Source: Candidatus Kapaibacterium sp.
GTDB lineage: Bacteria; Bacteroidota; Ignavibacteria; Kapaibacteriales; UBA2268
Reading direction: 5' to 3'
Length of the DNA: 64,000 nucleotides
NCBI GenBank assembly: GCA_963665665.1
Contig: OY762428.1
Location: 4,576,001 to 4,640,000, forward strand
Positions 18,337 through 28,924 of this stretch are shown here, in pieces; the first letter of the stretch is position 1; each line of letters opens with the position of its first letter. The notes below the pieces were generated by a model. That model was not told the origin of the DNA. It saw nothing but the letters and a program-made list of their open reading frames with translations, and searched no databases. Made by a program: the position numbers and the translations under genes.

Positions 18337-20283
18337 CTATAATTTGTAATCTACCTGTACGGTAATAATGGAAAGGCTGTTTCCGCTGACTTCATCATAT
18401 CCGCTTCCCATGGCATCGACGTTGTTTTTTCTTGTAATTTCATATCTGAGCAGGACATCAAGATTTGCTACCGGGTTAATATTGATTGATACAAAATTCC
18501 TTATCCCGTTCCCGTATAGTACCGGTGTGGCAAAAAATCCATGCGAGATATATTCATATTGCCATATAGCGGAATCATAGCTTCCACCGGAAAATGCTGT
18601 CAGCCTGGATTTCAATTTTAACCATTGGAATGGAAGATAATTCAATTCGATATATGAAGCTGTAGTTATTTCGGAATTTCTAAGCTTTTCCCGGCTTACT
18701 TTTCTTATGTCATTTCTTATTCTGAAATTCCATTGGCCATTGATTTGATGATCGAATTGCATTATTAAAAGATTAGATGACTTTCCAATAATTTGTTTTG
18801 CATTTATTTCAGGATTGTTTTCCTTTTCCGGTTTGGCTTCATTTTTATATCTTATTGTAAACTTGCTTTGTGGATTGTATTTGTAAATTATTTCAGCCAT
18901 TAATTCACTACCCCTGTTAATTAGCGGCAGGTTATATGTTCTGCCAAGGCTTTTAAAAATATCCGTATAGGCGTTTATTCGAATTTTGCTGCCGGCTTTT
19001 AATCTGATTCCCCAGTAAATTCCCTGCTCGGAAGCGGTATAGGAAAATTCATTGATAGTTCCTGAATAAGGCGCCCTGTAGTTATGCCCCAAATATCTGT
19101 AATACAGAACTGTTGCCCATGATTTACTTGTATAAGCAATATTGTATAGTATACACTTGTTGCTATTTGCATCGAGAGAAAATTCTGCTCCGCTGCTGAA
19201 GCGTTCATGAACATATTGGGATGCCAGCGAAAACAAATTGCCTCTTCTGCCTGAGAATTCACTTTTCGATCCGGACTCTATCTGTTTCGAATAGCCAATA
19301 TTCATATAAGTAAACGTCATATCGAAATTATTACTATTGATATTTGATACTATACCGAAACATCTTTCTTTTAGTTTGCCGATTTTTCCTATTTCAGTTT
19401 CTGTCCTGAAAAGGCCTGTTCTATATATCGATGTTATGATTCCGGATGTATCAATGTTTGCCGGCAGTTCTTTATCAGAATAGAAAAAAGAATTGGAAAG
19501 TTTCAGTTTTTCAGTTAATAACAGATCATATCTCGCTGCAATGCCGTGCAATGTATTTTCCGGATAGGATGAAGAGCTGATTCTGATGCTGTTTGCAAAC
19601 CTGGTAAGAGAACTGACCGGGGCTGATCCTTTTCTGTTGAACATACTTCCTGCTGTCAATGAACCGTAGCCTGAGGCGATAGAATAATTACCAATAACCA
19701 AATTGAATTGCTGACCAGAATAGTCGATACCGCCTGAATAATTGTCGATAAAATGGAGCTCTCCCGGATCTCTGTCCAGAAGAATTGAAGCGTTGATGTT
19801 TTTATATTTGAAAGAATAATTCTGATAGAAATCCGGCCTGGCACCAAGATATTTGTTTTCTGTAAAGCCTTTGGTTTCGTCTAACCGGTTCCTGCTTCTT
19901 ACACGGCAGAATAATAAAGGCGCTGATTCTTCTTTGCCTTTGTTGATGAAAGTACAATATTCAAGTATTTCGCACTGAATATCAGAAAGTGCAAGAGAAT
20001 CACAAATATCGGATATTTCATACATAACACCGGTTTGAACCAGATCAATTATTCTGATGGTTAGCATTTTATCAAAAAGCGGTAATTCCGTAAGTACATC
20101 GGATGTTGTTGTATTAAGGTCAATTTTATTCCTGTGGTAATATTCCAGGATATAGGATATTTCTTCTGATTCAACATCGCTTTCGGAATCAATAAACAGC
20201 TCTTCGAAATCTTCAGCATCGCAGTTCTCAGAAAAAATTAATGAGAGCAGTAATATGGTGAATATTTTAATAAATTTTTTCAA
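18337..20283 (-). CDS. ComEA-like helix-hairpin-helix domain outer-membrane protein (Bacteroidota type)
   Basis: Signal peptide, IDLNT...L.ELP HhH-like motif, DRDPGE and G.FRT..E motifs, and a beta-strand-rich C-terminus. Confidence 0.75.
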   Translation of the reverse strand: MKKFIKIFTILLLSLIFSENCDAEDFEELFIDSESDVESEEISYILEYYHRNKIDLNTTTSDVLTELPLFDKMLTIRIIDLVQTGVMYEISDICDSLALSDIQCEILEYCTFINKGKEESAPLLFCRVRSRNRLDETKGFTENKYLGARPDFYQNYSFKYKNINASILLDRDPGELHFIDNYSGGIDYSGQQFNLVIGNYSIASGYGSLTAGSMFNRKGSAPVSSLTRFANSIRISSSSYPENTLHGIAARYDLLLTEKLKLSNSFFYSDKELPANIDTSGIITSIYRTGLFRTETEIGKIGKLKERCFGIVSNINSNNFDMTFTYMNIGYSKQIESGSKSEFSGRRGNLFSLASQYVHERFSSGAEFSLDANSNKCILYNIAYTSKSWATVLYYRYLGHNYRAPYSGTINEFSYTASEQGIYWGIRLKAGSKIRINAYTDIFKSLGRTYNLPLINRGSELMAEIIYKYNPQSKFTIRYKNEAKPEKENNPEINAKQIIGKSSNLLIMQFDHQINGQWNFRIRNDIRKVSREKLRNSEITTASYIELNYLPFQWLKLKSRLTAFSGGSYDSAIWQYEYISHGFFATPVLYGNGIRNFVSININPVANLDVLLRYEITRKNNVDAMGSGYDEVSGNSLSIITVQVDYKL

Positions 20284-20384
20284 TTTAGTTTTTAATACCT
20301 GTAACTAATAATTATTTTTCTGTGTCTGAATAGAAAAGGAAATACGGCCGTTTCTCCTAAAAAACATTTGAACAGGAGGAAGTT

Positions 20385-20960
20385 ATGAAGCGATTTATAA
20401 TAATCATAGTTTTTCTGTTTGGCAGTGTATCATTGTATCCTGCAGATATGTTTATCGGCACCAGGATGGGATTTTCGGTTCCCGGCGCGGGACTTTCCAG
20501 TTTGCAATCAGGGCCAAATTTTGCATATTCCTTTGGTGTTTATACAGACAAAACATTTGCATGCAATTTTTCCTGGGAATTAAGTGCATTTAAATCTGAG
20601 TCGAAAGATTATTATTACCCTGTTTCGAGTTTTTCGTTCAATTTTATAATGCGTTCCCTGAAAAAGAAAGTTGATCCTTACGGAGGGTTTTTTATGGGAT
20701 TGGCATTGCTGAACCGTAATCTTAATCAATTACATCTTTCATTGCAGGATTACTATGATTATGGCGACTCGGAGCTGTGGAGAAAGTCCTTTCAGGCCGG
20801 TTTGATTGCGGGGGTGGATTTCAATGTTTCTGCAAATGTGAAATTATTTGTTGAAGCCCGTTTGTCCAGATTCGACCTTAATAACAGTGGAACCTACTGG
20901 ACAGTTAACTCCGGTGTAAGGTGTTTCCTTAGCAACTACAAAATTGATTTCGATTTCTGA
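20385..20960 (+). CDS. Small outer-membrane beta-barrel protein (OmpW/OmpA-TM-like)
   Basis: Signal peptide, alternating beta strands, PYGG..G motif and terminal Phe. Confidence 0.7.
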   Translation: MKRFIIIIVFLFGSVSLYPADMFIGTRMGFSVPGAGLSSLQSGPNFAYSFGVYTDKTFACNFSWELSAFKSESKDYYYPVSSFSFNFIMRSLKKKVDPYGGFFMGLALLNRNLNQLHLSLQDYYDYGDSELWRKSFQAGLIAGVDFNVSANVKLFVEARLSRFDLNNSGTYWTVNSGVRCFLSNYKIDFDF

Positions 20961-20964
20961 TATC

Positions 20965-21786
20965 TTAATCAAATACCCATTCAAAACTAATCTCGGGTGA
21001 TAAACCAAGACTATTGTGATAAATGGTTCCGAAGCAAAAATGTAAGTTGCCATAGGTACAAAATCCTGCTTCAATACCCAGTGCTTCAGGTGCGTTTTGC
21101 CATGACGTCCTGAAGCGTATTATATCTTCATACTCAAATTTTGCGCTGACAGCTAATCCTGATCTGTAATTTATATCATTCAAAGAACTAATTGTAATAC
21201 TGAAATATTTATCGATTTTCCAGTTAATCCCGACACTAACATTTAATGGAATATTTTCAACTCCCTTTGCTTGACGAAGAATGTCAAAATTCTTGAACTG
21301 AATTCCGGCTGTTATCTCTTCCCCGATAGAAATTTTCCCGCCAAGGTTGATTTTGATATTTTGATAGTTGCCATAATTTTTGAATTTTCTGTTGAAAAAA
21401 ACAAGCCGGCTTCCGAAAGATATGTGATTTGCTACCGAAAATGATGACTGAATCAGGAGCGCTGATTCAGAAAACAACTCATTACCGAGATGGCTTATTC
21501 CAATACCGGTGAAAATACCATCCGAAATATTAAATCCGGCGCTTAATCTCGCCGTATTTAATTCTTCCATTTCAAATTGATTCAAATTCAGTGATGAGTT
21601 GATAAAATCTGATTGTCCATAAAATGAAGGTTCGGAATCCCACAAGCTTGAATTTATATTGGTCATGCCTGTTGGGTCGGGTATTGAAATAATATTTCCA
21701 ACAGGGCAAATAGCCATACTTTTTTCGGTGGCAATAAGCAGAAAAACAATTATCCGGGGCAATATCAAAATTTTCCAAGTGCTCAT
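20965..21786 (-). CDS. Outer-membrane beta-barrel protein (PorV/PorQ-like, tentative)
   Basis: Amphipathic beta strands and C-terminal YH..LG.SP.ISF.W; same strand as the HhH gene. Confidence 0.55.
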   Translation of the reverse strand: MSTWKILILPRIIVFLLIATEKSMAICPVGNIISIPDPTGMTNINSSLWDSEPSFYGQSDFINSSLNLNQFEMEELNTARLSAGFNISDGIFTGIGISHLGNELFSESALLIQSSFSVANHISFGSRLVFFNRKFKNYGNYQNIKINLGGKISIGEEITAGIQFKNFDILRQAKGVENIPLNVSVGINWKIDKYFSITISSLNDINYRSGLAVSAKFEYEDIIRFRTSWQNAPEALGIEAGFCTYGNLHFCFGTIYHNSLGLSPEISFEWVFD

Positions 21787-21903
21787 CAGTCTTTTAACTT
21801 GATGATGTATTATTTATTTTTTATTTTGCAATCTTTGAAAACTACTTAAACATAATAAATATAATTTTGAAAATCAAGATTTTTCAATAAATTAGGAAAA
21901 ATA

Positions 21904-22806
21904 ATGAAAAAGATTACGATAGCTGTTGTCACAATAATTATTTATATGGGGCTGATACCTGCAAAGTCTCAGGAACTTGATGTAAATGTTACTGTTAATA
22001 TGGAGCAACTTACCCAGGATGCCAGAATAAATGTATCCACAATGGAACAGGATGTGGAAAATTATTTAAACAACCAGAGATTCACAGGCGAGGAATGGGA
22101 AGGCCCGAAAATACCAGTGGAAGTTGCAATTTATCTTACCGGCGGTTCTGGTTCGAGTTACTCAGGAAGATTGTTCTTTGTTTCTAAAAGAACTCTTGAC
22201 GGCGAGGACGGCGGGGAATCCGTGTCCTTAAGAATGGTTGATCAGGAATGGTCATTTGAATACGCAAGATTTGCCAATCTTTCTTTTAACCCTATGCGTT
22301 TTCACCCTTTTACAAGCCTACTGGATTTCTATGCATACCTGATTATCGGTATGGACCTTGATACTTATGGCGAACTTGACGGCAGCAAGATGTACGACAA
22401 AGCAAAACAGATTATTCAGATGGGTGCTGCAAATGGTGCTGCAGGATATTCAACCTACGCTCAGCCTGGTGAATTTACAAGATATAACCTGATATCCGAA
22501 ATGACAGACTTAAGATATGAAACATTGAGGACAATTATATTTGCTTACTATTACGATGGCCTTGACCTTATGGCTTTTGATAAGCCTAAGGCTATGGCGG
22601 GATTAAGGCAGGTTGTTAAAGATATCGTTGATTTCAAGAAGAACAAACTATCCGGACCAAGCGTATTTATGCAATTATTATTTGATGCAAAAAGTGCCGA
22701 ACTATCCCTGATATTTGAAGGATATGAAGATAAGTCTGTTTATAAAGACCTGATGTATCTTGATCCGAGCCATACTACAACTTATGAAGAATCAATGGAG
22801 AGATAA
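21904..22806 (+). CDS. DUF4835 family protein (PorD-like)
   Basis: QEL.VNVTVN, F.Y, FYAYLIIG.D.DT and YY..GLD.M motifs, ending LDP.H...Y. Confidence 0.8.
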   Translation: MKKITIAVVTIIIYMGLIPAKSQELDVNVTVNMEQLTQDARINVSTMEQDVENYLNNQRFTGEEWEGPKIPVEVAIYLTGGSGSSYSGRLFFVSKRTLDGEDGGESVSLRMVDQEWSFEYARFANLSFNPMRFHPFTSLLDFYAYLIIGMDLDTYGELDGSKMYDKAKQIIQMGAANGAAGYSTYAQPGEFTRYNLISEMTDLRYETLRTIIFAYYYDGLDLMAFDKPKAMAGLRQVVKDIVDFKKNKLSGPSVFMQLLFDAKSAELSLIFEGYEDKSVYKDLMYLDPSHTTTYEESMER

Positions 22807-22807
22807 T

Positions 22808-23308
22808 TTGAGATTTTTAATTTTGTTTATTACAGCCCTTGTTTTAACTGTGAATGTTCAGGCACAAAAAACCAGGGGTGGTGATATTGGTGTTGGGTTT
22901 GTCTTTGGCGATCCAACCGGAGCAAGTATGAATTATTTTCTGAGTAACAAAAATTCAATTGATGCTTTTCTCGGAACGTCATACTTCGGGGAAATTTCAA
23001 TCGGGGGTGATTACCTGTGGTATTTCAATGCTTTTAATTCAAAGATTGTTCACCTTTATACAGGCCCGGGAGTTGTTCTCGGATTTGGCGACGGGAAGGG
23101 AATCCTGTCCGGAGACAATAAGGACAAAGATAAATTCTACAACCGTGACGAAGGCATCGGCCTTGGGGCGCGGGGGATTATGGGGGTCTCGGTTGTACCG
23201 AGAAACTCTCAATTTCAGATATTTGCCGAGCTTGGCCTGCTTATGGGGCTTGTACCCGATTTGGGACTTGGGCTGGATGCAGGTGTTGGCTTCAGATACT
23301 ATTTTTAG
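22808..23308 (+). CDS. Small outer-membrane beta-barrel (DUF3996-like)
   Basis: TTG start with signal peptide, GVG.VFGDPTG.S and terminal G.RYYF. Confidence 0.7.
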   Translation: MRFLILFITALVLTVNVQAQKTRGGDIGVGFVFGDPTGASMNYFLSNKNSIDAFLGTSYFGEISIGGDYLWYFNAFNSKIVHLYTGPGVVLGFGDGKGILSGDNKDKDKFYNRDEGIGLGARGIMGVSVVPRNSQFQIFAELGLLMGLVPDLGLGLDAGVGFRYYF

Positions 23309-23401
23309 ATGAATTTTGCAATTATTATTCAAAATTTCCGTTGTTAACAACAGTTATGTTACAAAGTAAATCAAATTTTAGTATCAGATAAAATTGAATT
23401 A

Positions 23402-23409
23402 TACTTTTG
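23402..23409 (+). promoter_or_regulatory. Bacteroidota-type -7 promoter element (TAnnTTTG) just before the leader ORF
   Basis: TACTTTTG lies 4 nt upstream of ATG 23414, suggesting a nearly leaderless transcript. Confidence 0.5.
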
Positions 23410-23413
23410 CTAT

Positions 23414-23785
23414 ATGAAATTTATCAGGGAAATAAAGGACGAATTAACGATCATAGCTATCACGGCTATGTTCTTCGTCTTTTATTCCACTTCATTTACC
23501 GGGCATTATCACATTACTCCTGAAGGATTCAGGATTTATCACTGCCATCCTTACAAGGATGCAGGAACTGATACAAACCCCGTTCAGCATCATCAGCATT
23601 CCCGACTTGAAATGTCATTTTATGATGCTGTTGCAAATGCATTTTACGAATATTCTTCACATATAATAATTCATTTCAATGTTATTGAAATTGAATCTCA
23701 GGATATTGTTTCCAATGATACTGAGGATGAAATTTATGGCCTTTATACTACAACAAATCACCTAAGGGCTCCTCCGGCCTGTTGA
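23414..23785 (+). CDS. His-rich putative metal/heme-sensing leader protein with C-terminal RAPP ribosome-arrest motif (DUF2946/CruR-like)
   Basis: TM segment, HYH...YHCHPY...HHQH, ends LRAPPAC*; heads a TonB-receptor operon. Confidence 0.75.
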   Translation: MKFIREIKDELTIIAITAMFFVFYSTSFTGHYHITPEGFRIYHCHPYKDAGTDTNPVQHHQHSRLEMSFYDAVANAFYEYSSHIIIHFNVIEIESQDIVSNDTEDEIYGLYTTTNHLRAPPAC

Positions 23786-23883
23786 TTCTAAAATTATTTT
23801 AATTTTTTTATTAGCTGATGATATGCTGATACTATTTCGGCATTGTATTAATATATATTTATCAATGTTAAATTGAGGAATCA

Positions 23884-25176
23884 ATGAGGTATTTACTTAC
23901 ATTCGTTGCAGTTATTGCATTATCAGTTTCAAATATTTATTCTGCTATTCCGGAAACAACCGATACTGTGAAACTCGGGGCCGGTTATGTTAGCCAGGCT
24001 TACTACAGCATGAAATCAGGAATAGCAAAAACAACAGCACTTGCTGATTGGGATATTGCTTTTTTAAATGGCCAAAACGCTGCCATACATATTAATGCAG
24101 CTAAAGGAAATGAATTATACTGGGTGAAAAGCAGTTCCTGGAACAGCTTTGATAAAGCTGCGGACGCCGATACTACTGGCTTTTGGGCTGATACATTGCA
24201 TGAGAAATGGATTCCCCACTACAACTCGGAGGAAACCTGGATAATTGGGGCTTTTAATCGTGGAATGAATGGTTTTGAAACTGAAGGTGATTTCGGGTGG
24301 GGAGACTATGATTTTCTTACACACAAAACCGAAGGTAAAGGTATTTTTCTTCTGAAAATGGCAGATAAAGAATTCAAGAAGATAATTATTGATACACTTT
24401 CTTCTGGTAAATATTATTTCAGAATAGCAAATCTTGACGGCTCAGACCTAATAGCTGATTCTGTAGTTAAAGCTGACTTCCCGGGAAAGAACTTCGGATA
24501 TTACTCGATTTCAGAAAGGAAGGTTCTTGATCCGGAACCGATCAGCGCAGGATGGGATTTGCTTTTCACGAAATACGTGGGCCTTTACAATATGGGCGAG
24601 ACTTCAATGCCTTATGGTTTCACAGGTGTGAAATCAAATATGGATGTGCTTGTAGCCGAGAAATCGGACGATCCGTTCTCCTCACTGCATGAGCCATCAG
24701 ATGATGACTATTCAGAAAATATAACAACAATAGGATATGACTGGAAGGAATTTTCATTTAGTAGCGGATATACAATCACTGAAGACCTTTCATATTATGT
24801 TAAGCCGTCAACCGGTGATGTTTGGAAAATTCAATTTACAGGTTTCGATGGTTCTGAAACAGGGAATATTTATTTTGCAAAAATGATTATCGTCAATGTT
24901 GGTGTTGATGAGGAAACCGGTTCATCTGTATCTGTCTATCCCAATATAATTGACCGCGGCAGCGATTTTGATATTGTTGTTGATAACAGGAAGAACAGCT
25001 CTGTCAATATTTCGATAATTGACATGCAGGGAAGAACTATTAGAAATTTTGAAAACTCGGATTTTTCGGGGTTCAGATCATACAGGCAGGGAAGTACGGA
25101 GATTGCTCCGGGTATGTATTTTATAAATGTTGAGATAAACGGGAAGCAGACTGTATCAAAATTTATCGTCAGGTAA
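23884..25176 (+). CDS. T9SS-secreted protein with two HmuY-like domains
   Basis: YYSM...WDIAF...GWGDY...FKKIII and YYSI...WDLLFTKY...IGYDWK...VWKIQFTGF, then a YPN...PGMYFINV CTD. Confidence 0.78.
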   Translation: MRYLLTFVAVIALSVSNIYSAIPETTDTVKLGAGYVSQAYYSMKSGIAKTTALADWDIAFLNGQNAAIHINAAKGNELYWVKSSSWNSFDKAADADTTGFWADTLHEKWIPHYNSEETWIIGAFNRGMNGFETEGDFGWGDYDFLTHKTEGKGIFLLKMADKEFKKIIIDTLSSGKYYFRIANLDGSDLIADSVVKADFPGKNFGYYSISERKVLDPEPISAGWDLLFTKYVGLYNMGETSMPYGFTGVKSNMDVLVAEKSDDPFSSLHEPSDDDYSENITTIGYDWKEFSFSSGYTITEDLSYYVKPSTGDVWKIQFTGFDGSETGNIYFAKMIIVNVGVDEETGSSVSVYPNIIDRGSDFDIVVDNRKNSSVNISIIDMQGRTIRNFENSDFSGFRSYRQGSTEIAPGMYFINVEINGKQTVSKFIVR

Positions 25177-25464
25177 TTTTATAAAAATTGATTACGAAAT
25201 GGAGATGTCTCTTAAGCCGGCAAAATGGTTATTTCCCGACAAGCCGGGATCCTTGACTGAGCGCAGCGAAGAATCCATTTTTAGAATATTTTTTAAGAAA
25301 TGGATTCTTCAGTCGCTTCGCTCCATCAGAATGACATTTTATAAAAGGTCATTTAATCAAAGGACGAATTTTCGGATTAGCGGGCTTTGATTGATAATAT
25401 ATAGTGCTTTTGAGACAACTTCCTGAATATATAATAGTCAAATTCATCACATTCAGAAAATATA

Positions 25465-27669
25465 ATGAAAAAGATTTTAATATTATTAATCTTATCAATA
25501 TTTGCAGTATTTCCCGCATTATCGGATGTTATCGTAAAAGATGCTGAAACTGGTAACCCCCTGCCATCGGCAAGTGTAAAGGTAAAATGCCTCGGCAAGG
25601 ATTGTCCGGAGAAAGAATACTATGCACGAACTGATAAAGACGGTAAAATTTTTCCTCTGAAAGGTAATCTGCTTGAATTAAAGATTAGCTATATCGGTTA
25701 CGAGCCGGTTGTTGATACTGTCAATACGAGGGACGTCCGCGAAATTCTGTTGAAACCGGTATCGATTATTACCGACGAAGTGGTAACTACGGGGCAATTT
25801 ATCCCTCAGTCGGCGCAGAAATCGGTTTTCACGGTTAATGTTATCAGCAATGAAGTCATTAAGGATCAGTCGGCAACAGACCTGCGCGAGCTTATGCTGA
25901 AGCAGATGAATATCAATATTAACCAGGATAATATTCTCGGCTCGTCGATGATGATAAATGGTATAACCGGGCAGAACGTAAAAATTCTTGTTGATGGCGT
26001 ACCTATGATAGGCAGGCTGAACGGAAATATTGATATCAGCCAGGTGAACCTGAACGACGTGGACAGAATTGAAATTGTTGAAGGGCCTATGTCTTCCGTT
26101 TACGGAACAGATGCGCTTGCGGGCGTTGTAAATATTATCAGCAAAACGCCGGACAAAAAGACTTCGCTAAATATCAATTCCTATTACGAAAGCGTCGGGA
26201 AAGCAAATTTTGACGGTAAAGTTTCTTTTCCTGTCGGAGATGTGAATGTATCGCTGAACGGCGGACGTAATTTCTTTGGCGGGTATTCGATTGTTGATAC
26301 CAGCCGATGGAGGCAGTGGAAACCTAAGATTCAATATTTCGCAGGATTGCAGGCTTCAACAAGCTTCGATGATATTAATATCAGGTATTCCGGTTCATGG
26401 TTCAATGAATTTATCCTTAACAGGGGGCAAAGGCTTGGACCCTATTATGAAAATGCCTGGGATGATAAATATTATACCAACAGGATAAATAACTCACTAT
26501 TTTTAAATACAAGGGTCGGCGATCATAAATATATTTCGCTGACGACAAATTATTCCTTTTACCAGAGGGAAAAGGAAACATATTTCAAAGACTTGGTGAA
26601 CCTTACGGAAACACTGAAAGATGACTCCACGTCGAGCAATATTGATAAATTCGACCTGTTTATGATTAGGGCTACATACAGCAGCGACAGGCCTGTTGAA
26701 TATCTTAGCTGGCAGACTGGCGTTGATGTCAATGTGGAAACAGCCCGGGGAAAAAGGATAAACGGCGATACCCGGGACATAGGCGATTATGCCATGTTTC
26801 TGGGGCTTCAGTACGAGCCTTTCGGAAACCTGTTGATACAGCCAACACTTAGGGCAATTCACAATACACGATATGATGCGCCAATTGTACCAACTCTAAA
26901 TATCAAATTTACACCGGCTGATAAGTTCAATATCCGTGGTACTTATGCACGCGGTTTCAGAGCTCCTTCCCTGAAAGAGAAATTCTATGATTTTGTTGAT
27001 GATAATCATGAAATTATCGGGAATCCCGATCTGAGAGCAGAACGTTCACATTCGGTTCATGTTGATTTTGATTACAGGATTGAGTCGGATGATTACGCAA
27101 TAAAATTTGAGCCAAAATTGTTCTATAATTTCATTGAAGATCATATAACGCTCGTAAGAAAAGATACGATCGGGCTGTCATACCTTAACAGGAATATTGG
27201 CGAGTTTTCATCACTTGGAGCTAACCTGGCTGCTACTTATTTTACCCGGGATTTGATGTTCAAACTGGGATTTGTTTATACCGGGACGAATTATAATCTT
27301 GATGAGGCATCATCCGGGGAATTTAATTACTCGCCGGAATTGCATTCGAATTTCAGCTATTTGTACGATCCCTGGGATATTAAACTTTCAGCAGTATATA
27401 AATTTGTATCTTCCCACAGGGAATTAAGGATAAGCGTAACATCTGACATTATTGAATACGATCTTGATGATTATCATATTCTTGATTTCACTCTGAGCAA
27501 ACCATTGTTTGATAATATCTTTGTACTGAATGCCGGAGTGAAAAATCTGTTTGATGTGAAAAATGTCGGCGATTCAGGTTCAGGCGGACATGCCGGCGGC
27601 GGAGAGCTGCCAATATCTTATGGCAGGACTATGTTTGTGTCTCTTGCAATAAATTTTGATGAGTTATAA
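25465..27669 (+). CDS. TonB-dependent receptor (HmuR/BtuB-like)
   Basis: CarboxypepD-like N-domain, plug motif RIEIVEGPMSSVYGTDALAGVVNII, GFRAPSLKE, GNPDL.AE and C-terminal GV.NLFD...GRT.F. Confidence 0.92.
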   Translation: MKKILILLILSIFAVFPALSDVIVKDAETGNPLPSASVKVKCLGKDCPEKEYYARTDKDGKIFPLKGNLLELKISYIGYEPVVDTVNTRDVREILLKPVSIITDEVVTTGQFIPQSAQKSVFTVNVISNEVIKDQSATDLRELMLKQMNININQDNILGSSMMINGITGQNVKILVDGVPMIGRLNGNIDISQVNLNDVDRIEIVEGPMSSVYGTDALAGVVNIISKTPDKKTSLNINSYYESVGKANFDGKVSFPVGDVNVSLNGGRNFFGGYSIVDTSRWRQWKPKIQYFAGLQASTSFDDINIRYSGSWFNEFILNRGQRLGPYYENAWDDKYYTNRINNSLFLNTRVGDHKYISLTTNYSFYQREKETYFKDLVNLTETLKDDSTSSNIDKFDLFMIRATYSSDRPVEYLSWQTGVDVNVETARGKRINGDTRDIGDYAMFLGLQYEPFGNLLIQPTLRAIHNTRYDAPIVPTLNIKFTPADKFNIRGTYARGFRAPSLKEKFYDFVDDNHEIIGNPDLRAERSHSVHVDFDYRIESDDYAIKFEPKLFYNFIEDHITLVRKDTIGLSYLNRNIGEFSSLGANLAATYFTRDLMFKLGFVYTGTNYNLDEASSGEFNYSPELHSNFSYLYDPWDIKLSAVYKFVSSHRELRISVTSDIIEYDLDDYHILDFTLSKPLFDNIFVLNAGVKNLFDVKNVGDSGSGGHAGGGELPISYGRTMFVSLAINFDEL

Positions 27670-27670
27670 A

Positions 27671-28726
27671 ATGAAAAAATTATTATTAATATTATTGATC
27701 AGTGCGGGGTTCGTTTCATGTATCAGCGAAGAGGATCCCGTGCAGCCATTCCCGAGGGGAGACCTTACAACAGGAAATACAGGCGATAATGATATTTATT
27801 ACCAGCAGGTTTATTACGACCTGAGTTCGAATACCATGAAAGCCGTTAATAACAATATGGATTGGGATCTTGGCTTCGAGGGATCTGAGGAGGGGTTCCA
27901 TGTAATACTCAATTTTGGCCGTTTGATGAAAGCGGTTGATCTTGGCCCGGTTGACTTTGATTCTGTAACTGAAGATAACCTGCCTGATAAAGATTCGCCG
28001 CTTTGGGAGGTCGACCATCCCGAAGGCAAGCTGGATTCGGGTGTATTTGCTATTTGGTGGGATATTCAGGAAGGCCCGGGCAAATCTCTTGATCATGTTT
28101 ACCTTATAGACAGGGGACCTTATGAAAACAGGGCCTCCAGGTATCTGAAAATGAAGATAAATGGATTTACTGACTCTGTTTATTCTATCAGCTATGAATA
28201 TTTCCATACAGGCGACGGTATTGTGTATAACATGATTGTGAAAGACAACGACGTGAACTTTACATGTTTTTCTTTTGCCGAGGGTGGTAAAACCGTTGAT
28301 TTACAGCCTGATAAAAATGATTGGGATATTCTGTTTTCAACCTATACCGAAAAATTATGGGACGGCTCCCAGTATTTGATCTACTCAGTGCGAGGGGCGC
28401 TTATCAATTATAAATATTGTGCCGCTCTATATCTTGATTCAGCAATTGTTAATGATTATTTTGACGGGGAAGTAGAATTTTCCGAATTAGATTATGATTC
28501 CGTTAAGGATTTGGAACTGCTGCCCGTAAGAAATGAAATAGGGCACGACTGGAAAAGGATAATTGATATCAATGATCCTAATCTTGGTTATGAAGTAAAG
28601 TCCGGACAGATTTATATAATCAAAGACACTGACGGATTTTTATATAAACTGCATTTTATTGGTTATTCCAGTCAGACAGGGCTGGGTATAAAGGGCTTCC
28701 CGATATTTGAATTCAAGCAGTTGTAA
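27671..28726 (+). CDS. hmuY: HmuY-family lipoprotein (tandem HmuY-like domains)
   Basis: Lipobox FVSC; QVYYDL..WDLGF..YLKMKI and WDILFSTY..IGHDWK..YKLHFIGY...G.P.FEF. Confidence 0.8.
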   Translation: MKKLLLILLISAGFVSCISEEDPVQPFPRGDLTTGNTGDNDIYYQQVYYDLSSNTMKAVNNNMDWDLGFEGSEEGFHVILNFGRLMKAVDLGPVDFDSVTEDNLPDKDSPLWEVDHPEGKLDSGVFAIWWDIQEGPGKSLDHVYLIDRGPYENRASRYLKMKINGFTDSVYSISYEYFHTGDGIVYNMIVKDNDVNFTCFSFAEGGKTVDLQPDKNDWDILFSTYTEKLWDGSQYLIYSVRGALINYKYCAALYLDSAIVNDYFDGEVEFSELDYDSVKDLELLPVRNEIGHDWKRIIDINDPNLGYEVKSGQIYIIKDTDGFLYKLHFIGYSSQTGLGIKGFPIFEFKQL

Positions 28727-28752
28727 ATGAAATTTTTACTGAGGTATCTAAA

Positions 28753-28797
28753 AGGCCTGAAAAGTTGTCATTCATAAAGCTTTTCAGGCTTTTTTCT
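28753..28797 (+). terminator. Rho-independent terminator
   Basis: gcctgaaaag...cttttcaggc followed by a T-run. Confidence 0.7.
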
Positions 28798-28924
28798 TTA
28801 GCTCAAAGAAATAATTTAATTGCAGAATAAGTATTTCTTAATTAACTTTGCTGTATAATAATTAATGGATAAACAAACTAAAAGACATACCAGTATATCC
28901 GAAATATTTACTAAGGAGGAACAA

